Assembly (NCBI GenBank): GCA_052426225.1
Contig: JBNJNM010000009.1
Location: 372,001-436,000, forward strand
Reading direction: 5' to 3'
Origin: Zancudomyces culisetae HAW-14-8
Lineage: Eukaryota > Fungi > Kickxellomycota
Length of the DNA: 64,000 nt
Shown here one piece after another: positions 12,493 to 23,719 of the stretch (position 1 is its first letter; every line of letters begins with the position of its first letter). The position numbers and the translations under genes were made by a program. The notes beneath the pieces were generated by a model that saw only the letters and a list, made by a program, of their open reading frames with translations, did no database searches and was not told the DNA's origin.

Positions 12493-13570
12493 GTTATTCT
12501 TTTGTATAAATACTATATTTTTAGATTTACATTTTGCTACTTGATGTATGTGTTCAAATAGTGGCATACTCATGATAAAACGTATTTATCTGATATGCTT
12601 TTCAACAAAGCTGATGTTTTTAGTCAAACTCATGATATCATTTGTTTAAATATTTAGCAGGTTAATTTAGTTCAAATAGCTTTTTTATTAATATTGACAT
12701 ACTATTATATAGATAATATCCCATAACCTTTTTTGATACCAACCACTCTTATACCTCTACCATAATAGCTTTTAGTAGGTATTATAACCTGTTTTTTGAA
12801 TTTGTAATGCTGCTCGCGTTATTATTAGCACTAAATTCCGATGTAAATCGTACATGATGGTTTGCTGCTAAAAAGGGTTGCTGTAGTCCAGTGTTGTATT
12901 TGAGAGATGGCTTGGCGGCAAGCTTTCTCTTCATCATGACTCGGTTATTCTTTCACATGTAAAGAAAGGCAAAGATGAATGTTGCCAACGGGAGGGTGTG
13001 GCGTTATTTCCACGTGTTCCGTTTGTTTTATCACTATGCTTGGGGTTGATTTATGTTTATGAAATGAAGAAATCAAAACGGATGGAAATGCGTTAAGGCT
13101 TGGTGAGTGAGGGTGAGGGTTTACTTTCATTGGCGGCAAATTCATTCTCGGCAAATAGCAGCAGGGTAAAAGCAAGTATTTTTAAATCAAACCCAAACAA
13201 ATTTGCCAAATCCCCTCCTAACCAAAAACACCAAGCCAAAGACCACGATTAAGATGTGAGAAATTTCTAGGCCAATTCAACAACTGGTCATAAATTAACG
13301 AAGGTAAATAAAATTGTAAAGCAAGTCTATTTACATACACTTAGAATTTAATGATGTGTGGAGCGTTGCAATTCTATAGGCGGACTTCAAAAGAATTGAT
13401 AAATAAAAGAAGGGGGTGGGGGTTATTAGTTGAACACAAAAATTATATATATAGAACAATACTATAAGCCCTAACTCTATTAAAACATTAGTTTCTTAAA
13501 ACTACAAAAAATATTTATTGACCGTGCTTGATCTAAACTAATTAGAAAAAAGAAAGAAAAGGATATTAAA

Positions 13571-15427
13571 ATGGAGAAAATAACTAAAATTACCAAAGAC
13601 ATTGGACAGAACATGACACCTGTGGCTGACCTTATAGGCTCGAACTTTACCCAGCTCAAGCAGGTGCGATACAGTTACATTACTTGATAGCGTTTTTTTT
13701 TTGACTATTGTAATTTTCATTCGTAATTATCACCTTAAAAAACATACTAAATTGAATACTTTGTTCAACAATGTAGATGGTTACAGAAAAAGTCAGCACA
13801 AACACAGAAGTTACAGCCCTTCCTGAAGAGTATCTGGAAATTGAAGAGGTAATTTATCACCTAACCTTGGTAGAAAAAATCAAAACTAAATAATTCACAT
13901 AGAGGTTATATAAAATAATTTTAATGTAACTATCTATAGAAATTCAAAACTATTATTAGCACATATAAACACTTTGAGTCATTAGCATACAAATATGTAA
14001 CAGAGGACAACAATTATGAAATGAAAAAGGTGCAAAATCAATTTGGAGATTTGTCGAATAATCTGGGTGATAAGTTTAACCAAATTACGAGTGGAGCGCA
14101 AAAAAAAGAAGCTGTGCAGAACCCCAGTGAAGGACGCTTCGAAGGAAATGGAATAGTTTCAGCACACCACAAGATATCTAAGCCTTGTGTTGAGCTTTCA
14201 GAAAAGATTGGTCTTGAAGAACCCGCAGGTAAGAGGAATATTATGGATGCATATGCATATGCATAAATATTATATATATGCTTAAATCATAATCTACTTT
14301 TTTGTGTATATCGATTGGAGTTTTGTGCTATGGGATAAGTTTATTGAAAAGAAATGTTTCAAGAAACCAAGGATTACAGCATATTGAAAATTATTAATGT
14401 AAAAATATTACCATATTATGTGATAGGCTCTGCATTGTTCAAATTCGGTTCCATTCAAGAAAAAGTTGGTGAATACAGCTTGAAGATGGTAAGAAAGAAA
14501 TCAATGTATTTTCTGAGGTGTATAACATCAACAAATGTAGATATAGAGGGGGGGGTTCCTAGATTGAAAATGTGATTTTAAAATTTCTGGAAAACGCTAT
14601 AGGATGATAGAATCATGGATGAGTCTATCAAGCCGGTAAAAAACATACTGAGAACGGATATCGGTGCGGCAATTGTAAGATTTTTTCTTTATAAATTGAA
14701 AATAAGTTTATTAGCGATTTTTTGTATGGAAATTTTGCAAGCAAGATATGCAACAGTTTGATCATTGTAATAATACAAGTATCTTAACAATAATAATAGC
14801 GAGCTGGAAAGGAGGTTAATAGATGTAGACTTCTACTTGATGCTTCTAAAGGTGCATTGAAGGGTAAAATGGGCGAAAGACTCGAAACTGTAAGATCTTT
14901 GGATAGATTCTATATTTTAACTATTCACAATGTGTTGAACGGATCTCGTCTCCCTTTATCTCTAGATAAAATGGTGACGGGTGTATTTTAGTTTTTACAC
15001 TAACTTCCAGGTCTAGATAAAAGTATGGATCGAGTAAATAGTACAAAAATTAAAATAATAATGTAGGCAAAGGCAGATGTTGAGCGAGCCGAAAACCATT
15101 TGGTATTTGCAATGGACGATGCAATGACAAAGATGAAGGCAATACTAGAATCGGTAAGTGATTTTTCTGAAGAAGAAAAGGAGGATGAGGAAGGAGCGGG
15201 GGTGGTGGTGGTGGTGGTGGTTGAAAAGGTGTTAACTATAAATGTGAATTAGTCTAACATAATGCTCTGAATTTTTATTCTGTTAGCCTGTGATACTAAG
15301 CTCAATTTCCAGTTTTGTGCAAGCTCAGTTGGATTATTTTAAGGATTCTGCGGAAATTTTGAACGATCTGAACGCCGACATTGAAGAGCTAAAGACGGTT
15401 CATGAAGGTTTACACGGCAGCAAATAG
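13571..15427 (+). CDS. GVP36: Gvp36-like BAR domain protein; 8 exons
   Basis: GT-AG splicing gives MEKITK...FTQLKQ|MVTEK...VTALPEEYLEIEE|KFKT...EEPAG|SALFKFGSIQEKVG...|DDRIMDE...|RAGKEVNRCRLLLDASK...|AKADVERAENHLV...|PVILSSISSFVQAQLDYFK...GSK*, all in frame. Confidence 0.8.
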
Positions 15428-16111
15428 TAATATCAAATGATATTACACTTATACGTTTTCCTGTTTTAAGTGCCAGTTTGAGGATGTTTTTATACTATTT
15501 TTAGTGCTTTTTAAAGCGTTTTTGAGATTTTTGAGATTTTTTGAATATAAAAATTAAATACAAATACTATATGTTAGTTGGGCTTGACAAGCTGATAAAC
15601 CGTCGATAGAGTGTGGGTGGGTAGGATTAGAGGGATAGGTGGGAGGTGTTGGTAGTGGTAGTGGGAGTGGTAGTGGTAGCGGAAGTACAGATATTTAAGC
15701 TATATCAAATGAGACGTGCTAGTTTTCCTGTTTAGATTCCCAAAAAGTACAGAGAAAAAGTTCAAGATAAAAAAAAGTAAAAAGCCCCAATAGTCGTGCA
15801 TTTGGAGGAATTGGAGGAATTGGAGGGTGGGGAGAGGGAGGGAGTGGAGTGTAAACAGTACATTTGAGGTCGAAGGTTTTTCAAAATGAAATTCTACATC
15901 CAGTACAAATGCAATAAATTACCGCAAAAATTGAACAATCAAATGAGGACAAAGAACAAAGTTTAAGGTGTTAGAATATGAACCAATTTACAAAGACCAA
16001 CAAATACCGCAAGTAGAAAATAAAGTAAGCGCCAGGAAATAGGAAAATAAGTTGAAAATAGGCAAGACGGGGATACAATATTTGGGAGTGGAATGAAGAT
16101 ACAGATTAGCA

Positions 16112-19063
16112 ATGTTTTATGTCTATGTGAGAAACGAGCCGAGGGAAGTGGCATTGGTTCCAGTTAGGAGTATCGAACGTATTATAGATGTTACCGAAAA
16201 AAAGGAAGAAGGGAGGGGAAAGTTTTTGACAGTGGGAGCTAGAAGAGTGGGAGAGAAAATTGTAGTCAAAGCACAGGTAAAAAGCGTGGAGAAGGATCTT
16301 GTTGGATACAATAAAATCGATCGCGAGCCGGTTTATGGGCTTGGGGGGCTTTTTGAAATTGAACAGGAAACATATGCTATATTGGTTGGAGAGAGTGATC
16401 GAGTTGGCAGAGAAGGGAGTGCAATGCGGGTTAGAAAGGTGGTGATCTTGTCGTTGAAGAATGATAGATATGACAGATTGGAAGGGGAGGTTCAAGAGCT
16501 TGACGTTGCAGGCGGATATAACCGCGCTGGAGGAGAGAATGTATATGGTAGGAAGGGAGTAACGGATAGATACAATAGGGGATGTGCAGAAATGATAAAA
16601 CTAATGGAGGCGGGGACATTTTATTTCAGCAAAACCGGAAACATAATAGATACGCAACAAGACATCCATACTATGGCACGGTTAGGAAAGGATCCGGCCT
16701 TCAGCAATGGGAGGATGAGAAAGACCAAAAAGGAGTACATATATAACAACTACTTGACCAAAGTGATTGACCAGTACCGAAAGGGATTGAGGGTAGAAGA
16801 AAAGAAACAGTTTGATGAGTATGGGTTTTTGATAAGAATGATCAAGGGAAGCGTAGAGGTAATAGAATTGGGGGAGTTGGGGAGAGTAAAAGTAGTGTCT
16901 AGATTGAGCTCAGGGAGGGCAGGAACGAGGTATCTAACTAGAGGACTTGGAGACAATGGGAATGTCGCGAACGAAAGCGAAACAGAAGTAATATGGGAGT
17001 ATGGGGATTATATCGTTAGTTACGTAATAGTTAGGGGGTCAGTTCCACTGTTTTGGAGTTCGGAAGGAGTTCAAATAGGAGGACATCGTGTTCAACTCAC
17101 AAGGAGTTTGGATGCGAGTGTAGATGCAACCAAGCTTCATTTCGGAAAATTGTTGACACGATATGGGAGTGTAAACATAGTGAATTTGCTCCGAATAAAT
17201 AATAGTTTGCGGATGGATACGAGTAGTACGCGGCATCAGACATACGATTTTTGGACGAGTAGCTGTAGTGAAGCGGAGTTGGGATTTTGCTACAAAGTTC
17301 AAATGACACAGAAAATAAAGAGTAGAATGATAACATATCGGGAATATAATTTCCACAATATAGTTAAGGGAGGCAATGGAGCAGAGAGTGTTAGAGAGAT
17401 GGTGGAGGGGATGGAGAAGATACTCAATGGACAAGGAATGTTTGTATATAATAGAAAGAAAGATAAAATCGAGAGAGTGCAGACGGGTGTTCATCGAGTG
17501 AACTGTTTGGATTGTTTGGATCGAACAAATGTAGTGCAATCGGAAATAACACGACAGGTGTTTGGGATGGCGCTAATAGCAATTTGTGGAGAATTTGTAG
17601 ACCAAGAGTTATACAACATGTTTGATTCATGCATTGGTACGTTGTTTGTAAGAAGTGGTAATGCGCTTTCGAAAATATATTCCGGAACCAACGCGTTAAA
17701 AACGGATTTGACGTCATCAGGAATGGGAGCACCGACAAATGCAGGAGCGGTGGGAATGTCATTTAGTTCAACAAGTGGAATGGGTTCTACAACAGGAATA
17801 CCGGCAAAGGGGAGTGGGAGTATAAGCGGGTTGACGAGCTTTTTATCAGATGCAAGTAAGAGTCTTTCACGATTCGTGCAGAGCAATTTTGGGGATAAGA
17901 ACAAACAGGAGGCAATGAACATCCTTACAGGGAAGGGTGCAGAACAGTCAGAGATGGATATGTTTGTTGAAGCAGAATTGGACGATGCAGAGACGATTGT
18001 TGAAGAAGTGTCCGAAGGGTATGACATAGAGGCGGCTGGAGGTAAATCTAAGCGAGATCTCCTGGAGATGGCCAAGCGACTGGAAAGTAAACGGGAAATC
18101 AAAGTGTTGGGAACAACGTACAATCTGCATGGACTTGGATGTGCGTCACAGAGCGAGCTAGGGAGCTGGCTGGAACTCAGCATAGACCAGAATGAGAGAC
18201 CGGATATTGTTATGGTGTGTTTACAGGAAATCGTTGAGCTAAGTGTGAAAGAGGTGCTGTCATCTAGCGGCGACAACCGTGACAAATGGACAGGGCTGAT
18301 TCTGGATAGGTTGAATAGCCAAATATCCTTGACGGATAATAACAAGTACAAACTGGTGGTGTCAGCGCAACTAGTTGGTGTGGCTGTTATTTTGATAGCG
18401 ACTGAGGATGTACTGCGGCTGTTGTCGCGGGTGGAAATCGTGAAAATCAAGACGGGGTTGATTGGCGGATTGGCAGGAAACAAAGGCGGAGTCATTACCA
18501 AGCTGAATATCGGTTACAACACAGTCTGTATTGTTGGGAGCCATTTTGCCAGTGGCGCTACAAAGGATTTGGAGCGAAACAACGACTACCACGCCATCAA
18601 CTCACGACTTAGTGCGCTGATCAAGCGAAGCAACCGCGAACGCACAAACATTGTGTGGCTAGGCGATTTGAACTACCGTGTGGAGCTGCCATATCAGGAT
18701 GCAAAGGCTCTGATTCAGCAGAACAACTTGCCTTCGTTGTTTTTGTACGACCAGTTGAGTTACCAAATGCTGACCAACGGTATTTTTGATGGCTTTAGCG
18801 AGCTACCTATTGGGTTTGCGCCGACATACAAGTTTGATTTGGGCACAGGTTTGTATGACACCTCGGAAAAGGCACGGGTTCCATCATGGACCGACCGAAT
18901 ACTGTTTAAGAACATGTACTGCCACTACTACAATGCACACAATGAGGTGCGATTCAGCGATCACAGACCGGTGACTGCCTTGTTTACTTTTATTACCGAG
19001 TATAATCATTTATATTTGCCTAGAAACAAGTTGTTTGATTTGTTTTTATCATGTGAAAAATAA
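16112..19063 (+). CDS. Synaptojanin-like phosphoinositide phosphatase (SAC1 domain + inositol 5-phosphatase; Inp52/Inp53 family)
   Basis: SAC motifs RAGTRYLTRG, RGSVPLFW and RVNCLDCLDRTN. 5-phosphatase motifs GNKGGV, WLGDLNYR, PTYKFD...PSWTDRIL and SDHRPV. Confidence 0.93.
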   Translation: MFYVYVRNEPREVALVPVRSIERIIDVTEKKEEGRGKFLTVGARRVGEKIVVKAQVKSVEKDLVGYNKIDREPVYGLGGLFEIEQETYAILVGESDRVGREGSAMRVRKVVILSLKNDRYDRLEGEVQELDVAGGYNRAGGENVYGRKGVTDRYNRGCAEMIKLMEAGTFYFSKTGNIIDTQQDIHTMARLGKDPAFSNGRMRKTKKEYIYNNYLTKVIDQYRKGLRVEEKKQFDEYGFLIRMIKGSVEVIELGELGRVKVVSRLSSGRAGTRYLTRGLGDNGNVANESETEVIWEYGDYIVSYVIVRGSVPLFWSSEGVQIGGHRVQLTRSLDASVDATKLHFGKLLTRYGSVNIVNLLRINNSLRMDTSSTRHQTYDFWTSSCSEAELGFCYKVQMTQKIKSRMITYREYNFHNIVKGGNGAESVREMVEGMEKILNGQGMFVYNRKKDKIERVQTGVHRVNCLDCLDRTNVVQSEITRQVFGMALIAICGEFVDQELYNMFDSCIGTLFVRSGNALSKIYSGTNALKTDLTSSGMGAPTNAGAVGMSFSSTSGMGSTTGIPAKGSGSISGLTSFLSDASKSLSRFVQSNFGDKNKQEAMNILTGKGAEQSEMDMFVEAELDDAETIVEEVSEGYDIEAAGGKSKRDLLEMAKRLESKREIKVLGTTYNLHGLGCASQSELGSWLELSIDQNERPDIVMVCLQEIVELSVKEVLSSSGDNRDKWTGLILDRLNSQISLTDNNKYKLVVSAQLVGVAVILIATEDVLRLLSRVEIVKIKTGLIGGLAGNKGGVITKLNIGYNTVCIVGSHFASGATKDLERNNDYHAINSRLSALIKRSNRERTNIVWLGDLNYRVELPYQDAKALIQQNNLPSLFLYDQLSYQMLTNGIFDGFSELPIGFAPTYKFDLGTGLYDTSEKARVPSWTDRILFKNMYCHYYNAHNEVRFSDHRPVTALFTFITEYNHLYLPRNKLFDLFLSCEK

Positions 19064-19246
19064 TTCATGATATTCGCATGGTTTGTTTTATTTGTTATTG
19101 TTATTCTTATTCTATGGGTTAGTAATAAAGTTATAAATGATGAATTATTTACTACATTTTAATTTTAAAAGAAAAGAAAAAAAAACAGTAGGATAGTGTA
19201 GCTGTGTAGATTATAATATCGTTTCTCTACTTGTCCCCCTTTTTTT

Positions 19247-19747
19247 TTACTCTTGTTTTTCTTGTTGTTTAGGTTCTTGTTGTTGTTCAAGCTGTTTGGT
19301 GACAATGATATTCTGCAAAACCTTGAGGTTCTTTTGTTTTTCGTTGATGGTTTTCAACAATTTCACACTATTTTCTTGTACATAGTCGATTTTTCCTTCA
19401 TAAAACTTGACAGTCTCATCTAGTGTCTTTGATACATAGTATCCAGTTCCAACATCAACAATCAGGCAATCATCATTTTCGCCCGATTCTGCATCCTTAT
19501 CGCTGGTCGTTTTGATGTTTAATGTCGCATCTACGTATAAGGAATTTGTCAATGGAACCATAACTTGGGTGTTTTCTGCCTTGTGCAATTCGAGAGCAGA
19601 AGTCTTGCACTGATTGTATTTGTTTTGTGCATCTTTTAGCTTGGAGTAGTACACGGACAGATTGTTAATTTCGGTTTGCAGCGATTCCAATACAGATTTA
19701 AGTTGATCGATACTTAGATCCTCAATCTTTATATTTCCTTCTTCCAT
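19247..19747 (-). CDS. GIM5: Prefoldin subunit 5
   Basis: Coiled coils flank the beta-hairpin motifs MVPLTNSLYV and IVDVGTGYYVSK. Confidence 0.9.
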   Translation of the reverse strand: MEEGNIKIEDLSIDQLKSVLESLQTEINNLSVYYSKLKDAQNKYNQCKTSALELHKAENTQVMVPLTNSLYVDATLNIKTTSDKDAESGENDDCLIVDVGTGYYVSKTLDETVKFYEGKIDYVQENSVKLLKTINEKQKNLKVLQNIIVTKQLEQQQEPKQQEKQE

Positions 19748-21512
19748 GATGAACTGGATGATATTTATGTTAAAATTTGAATTTGAATTTGAATTTGAAT
19801 ACGAATTACTTGTTGTGTGTGATTATGTTTATCCAAAAGCTTCGAGGGTATTAATCATAAATCAAAAGATATGAAAGAAAAGCTTGATGTTATTGCGTGT
19901 TTATTTTATTGTAAACATGAATACAGCTGCAAACACAAACACAAATGTCCGGAAAAAAAAAAGATTCGATTTTAATGTTTATTATTTTTTTCCTTCAAGT
20001 TTTGAGTTTGTGGTATTCGGGAAATACAAGTAAAGAAAAGAAAAGAAAAGAAAAGAAAGAAAAGACAAGACAAAAACCAAAATCTGGGTTTACCAAGCTT
20101 TGGTGGGAACAAAAAAGAAAGAAACAAAATAGTGGAAGGAATGGAAAGAGTGGAAAGAGAGGAAAAAGCGGACCAAAATAATATTTCACTTGATAATTTG
20201 ATCTTTAAAGAGTTACAAAGTGGGTATTAGCACCACGTTTTGTCCTTTTCTTTGCAATCTTGTAAATTATAGGTACCACATAATGACTCAAACTAAAGTA
20301 GAAATAGTTTGGTGTTTTGTATTTGGTTTTCGGTGTTGTGTGTTGTGTGTTGTGTGGTGTACACAACATTCTACGATTTACAAAGTTCTGATCTATTTAT
20401 TAAAAAGCCAAGAAAATAGAAACAAGGCATATATTATATTCTATGATGACAATTAGCAACTCAACATGTCTGTCATGTTGTGTCCACTACCACCAAAGGT
20501 ATTCAAATTTTAAAGTGCAAAAAGAAGAGTGTAATGGTTAAAGACAGAACCATACTGAGAATTAAAAAGGCGCAGCAAGCTATTGTGTTGTTATATACGA
20601 TTCTTGGAGCTGTATTTTGTCACTAAAAGTAATGATCAATCTACTTGGTTGAGTATCTCTTTTAGCCTCATTTCTTCAGAATAAAAAAAAACAATTTTTC
20701 AAAATTATGGCTTGCAAGTGGGTTTAATTCTTGGTACCATGTAACTATGACTCTTTTGATTACAAATGTAATTCAAATTAGATTTAGACTCTCACTATCC
20801 CAGTATAATTCGACGGTTTTACTAGATTTCAACTGAAACCTCGAGACGGGAAACTGGGGAAATAAGAAAAAAAGAACGGACTGGGAATTCATTATCTTGT
20901 TGTATGTTTATTGACCTATCCCCATTCGAAAAAAAAGAATGGTATTGAAAATAAAGCTTGCTAATTTTCATGTTCATAAAAGATTGCGATAATATCGAGA
21001 TATGGAGTGGCAAACAGGAAAAGGGGAAAGCGGTAAGGGGGTGATGTGGAGAGGTAGGGACATGGAGAGAGTAAAGAGAGTGGAGAGAGTGGGGAGAATA
21101 TGTGAGTTTTTTTTTCTCTATTTTTCTGTATTTACAGGTGAAAAAAAAAATCTCGGCAATATCACAGTAGTCGATAATACTTTTTTTTTCAAGATTGTTT
21201 TAAAATGGAAGAAACAAGTGTGACAAATCAATAAGATTCACTGTGAGCATTACCTAAAAAAAAACGTATAAAACCGTTAACAATAGAATTTAGTTTGTTG
21301 ATTGAAAAAAAAAACTCGAGAAAAACCACAGAGTGATCCCCTGGCTAATTCTCTTATCCAGAACTCCTAAAACTGCATAATCACAGTCTTTTAAGACCAA
21401 GTTTGAAATATTTATCTTTGAAAGAATTTACAACTCTAAATTCTAAAATAGAAAATTTATTGAATAGAAAACCCAAAAGGAAGGTAAAGCAACAAAAAAA
21501 AAAGTAGCAAAA

Positions 21513-23363
21513 ATGCGGGTGGACAAGAACAAGTTAATAATATTTGATACTACACTAAGAGACGGAGAGCAATCTCCAGGAGTGACTCTCAACACTGAGG
21601 AAAAAGTGCTGATTGCCAAGCAACTATCTAGACTTGGAGTAGATGTTCTCGAAGCAGGATTTCCAATAGCATCTCCAGGAGATTTCCATGCCGTGCAGCG
21701 GATTGCGCAGGAAGTAGGAGAGCTGATGGAGGGACGTGAGAAAATAGGAAAACCAATAGTGGTATGTGGGCTGGCTAGAGCAAACGAGAAGGACATCAAG
21801 ACAGCGTATGAGGCAGTCAAGGATGCTAGATGCCACCGAATCCACACGTTTTTGGCCACAAGTGACATACATTTAGAGCACAAGCTAAAGCTGACAAGAG
21901 AACAATGTCTGGAGAAGGCAGTTCAGGCAGTCAAATATGCCAAGAGTTTGTGTGAGGATGTAGAATTTTCACCAGAGGATGCAGCTCGTTCTGATCCAGC
22001 GTTTTTGGTGCAAATATTATCAGCAGTTATTGAGGCAGGGGCACTGACCCTAAATATCCCAGATACAGTTGGGTACAAGACACCATCAGAGTTTGGTAAT
22101 CTGATAAAGTATTTGATAGATAACACCAAAGGCTCAGATAAGGTGACATGGTCTGCACATTGCCACAATGACTTGGGTTTGGCAACAGCGAACACATTAT
22201 CGGGAATTCTGAACGGTGTGAGACAAGTTGAAGTGACAATAAACGGAATAGGTGAGCGGGCAGGAAACACAGCGATGGAAGAGGTGGTGATGAATATCCA
22301 AACACATCAAAACACCTACAGCCCAGTGTACCACACCATTAACACCAGACTTTTTTCATCTACATCGCGTATGGTTTCCGACCTGTCTGGCATGGTTGTT
22401 CAGCCAAACAAGGCTATTGTTGGAAAAAATGCATTCTTGCACGAGTCAGGAATCCATCAAGATGGAGTTCTGAAAAATAAAGAAACATACGAGATCATCA
22501 GACCCGAGGATGTTGGTGTATATACCACCAACATTTTGCTTGGAAAGCATTCAGGTAGACATGCTATTAAGAGCAGACTTGAGGAAATCGGATACTCAGG
22601 CTCTTCACTTACGGCAGAACAGAACAGCGAGATCTTTGTGCGATTCAAGCAGCTAGCCGATAAGAAAAAGACACCAATCACTGATGAGGATCTACATGCG
22701 ATTGTAGCTGACGTCATGTCACAAATTATCTCGAGCAATCTTAAGCAAGGGGAAGAACAAGACAAACAAAACAAGGAGGACGAAGAGCAAAAGGAAATCC
22801 AACAAGCACCAAGCCCTCTTCTTAACGGAGATCACCATCGCGCAGCTGCAGCAACCAGTGGCGCTACCGCCAAGGACAAGGTATTTTATCAACTTGAACA
22901 CCTTCAGGTGTTTAACGGAACTGGGATTCTTTCCACAGCAACAGTTTCACTTCGCGAAGTGTCTACCAACCAGGTAGTTACAGATGCAGCACTGGCTAAA
23001 TCCGGAGCAGTTGAAGCCATTTTCAACGCAATCAAGCGGATCATAGGTTTAGATACCAAGCTGAAATCATACAATCTATCTGCCACTTCAGCTGGTAGCG
23101 ACTCGGCTTGCAAAGCCACTATCAGATTGGCGCTTAATAAAGAAACAGCTCCTGGCGCAACCCAGGCTGAGCTTGATGCAGATTCAGTTTCACCTGCAAC
23201 TGAAGACCAACTTATCACATTTACAGGAATTGGTGTTGATAGCGATGTTCTGCGTGCTAGTGCCATTTCGTATGTTTCAGCAGTTAACAGACTCTTATCA
23301 GCAGTTCATTCTGATCCCAAACACTTGCGCTCAAGTAGAAAGGACAGATTGATTAATGTTTAG
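21513..23363 (+). CDS. leuA: 2-isopropylmalate synthase, bacterial/plant (LeuA type 1) subfamily, with C-terminal regulatory domain
   Basis: Motifs IFDTTLRDGEQSPG, HCHNDLGLA, NGIGERAGN, PNKAIVGKNAFLHESGIHQDG and LGKHSGRHA, plus C-terminal GAVEAIFNAI and DVLRASAISY. Confidence 0.92.
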   Translation: MRVDKNKLIIFDTTLRDGEQSPGVTLNTEEKVLIAKQLSRLGVDVLEAGFPIASPGDFHAVQRIAQEVGELMEGREKIGKPIVVCGLARANEKDIKTAYEAVKDARCHRIHTFLATSDIHLEHKLKLTREQCLEKAVQAVKYAKSLCEDVEFSPEDAARSDPAFLVQILSAVIEAGALTLNIPDTVGYKTPSEFGNLIKYLIDNTKGSDKVTWSAHCHNDLGLATANTLSGILNGVRQVEVTINGIGERAGNTAMEEVVMNIQTHQNTYSPVYHTINTRLFSSTSRMVSDLSGMVVQPNKAIVGKNAFLHESGIHQDGVLKNKETYEIIRPEDVGVYTTNILLGKHSGRHAIKSRLEEIGYSGSSLTAEQNSEIFVRFKQLADKKKTPITDEDLHAIVADVMSQIISSNLKQGEEQDKQNKEDEEQKEIQQAPSPLLNGDHHRAAAATSGATAKDKVFYQLEHLQVFNGTGILSTATVSLREVSTNQVVTDAALAKSGAVEAIFNAIKRIIGLDTKLKSYNLSATSAGSDSACKATIRLALNKETAPGATQAELDADSVSPATEDQLITFTGIGVDSDVLRASAISYVSAVNRLLSAVHSDPKHLRSSRKDRLINV

Positions 23364-23719
23364 GTTTTGTTTTTCCTTTTTCATTTTCAATTCAGTTTTC
23401 CATAGTATAACAGGTATTTGTTGTTTTGGTTACTATGCGTGAGGCGGTAGGGAGTTTTATAAATAATAAAAGTTTTGGCCTCTTGACTAAATTAGCTGGT
23501 TATTAAATATAATAAAAGTAAATATGAATTAAAAAAACTCAATGCGAAATGTTGGGCAAATTTGACTATTTTTTTTTTTTAGCAAAGAAAATTTGCTAAC
23601 AAGTAATTTATTTCCTTGCTACTAAAAGCTTGAATGCATTTAAAGCTCGAAAAATAAATAAAGTGGAAGTATACTATTTTCGACTTGATAAACCGAATTA
23701 AAAGAGGATATAGTTAGAT

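Noticed and set aside
12868-12892. AAAAAGGGTTGCTGTAGTCCAGTG resembling the U11 snRNA 5' end
   Set aside because: No convincing U11 stem-loop III motif or correctly placed Sm site; kept only as part of the generic structured-RNA candidate.
13105-13122. TGAGGG repeats suggesting a telomerase template or telomeric seed
   Set aside because: Only two copies, and on the wrong strand relative to the predicted structure.
17491-18501. 336-aa antisense ORF and other shadow ORFs over the synaptojanin, LeuA, RPD3, MCM5 and Tel1 genes
   Set aside because: They lie opposite well-supported genes, have no motifs, and are explained by codon bias.
20284-20290. TGACTCA (Gcn4-like site) ~1.2 kb upstream of leuA
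   Set aside because: A single 7-mer. The same motif also occurs in the repeat spacers, so it cannot be distinguished from chance.
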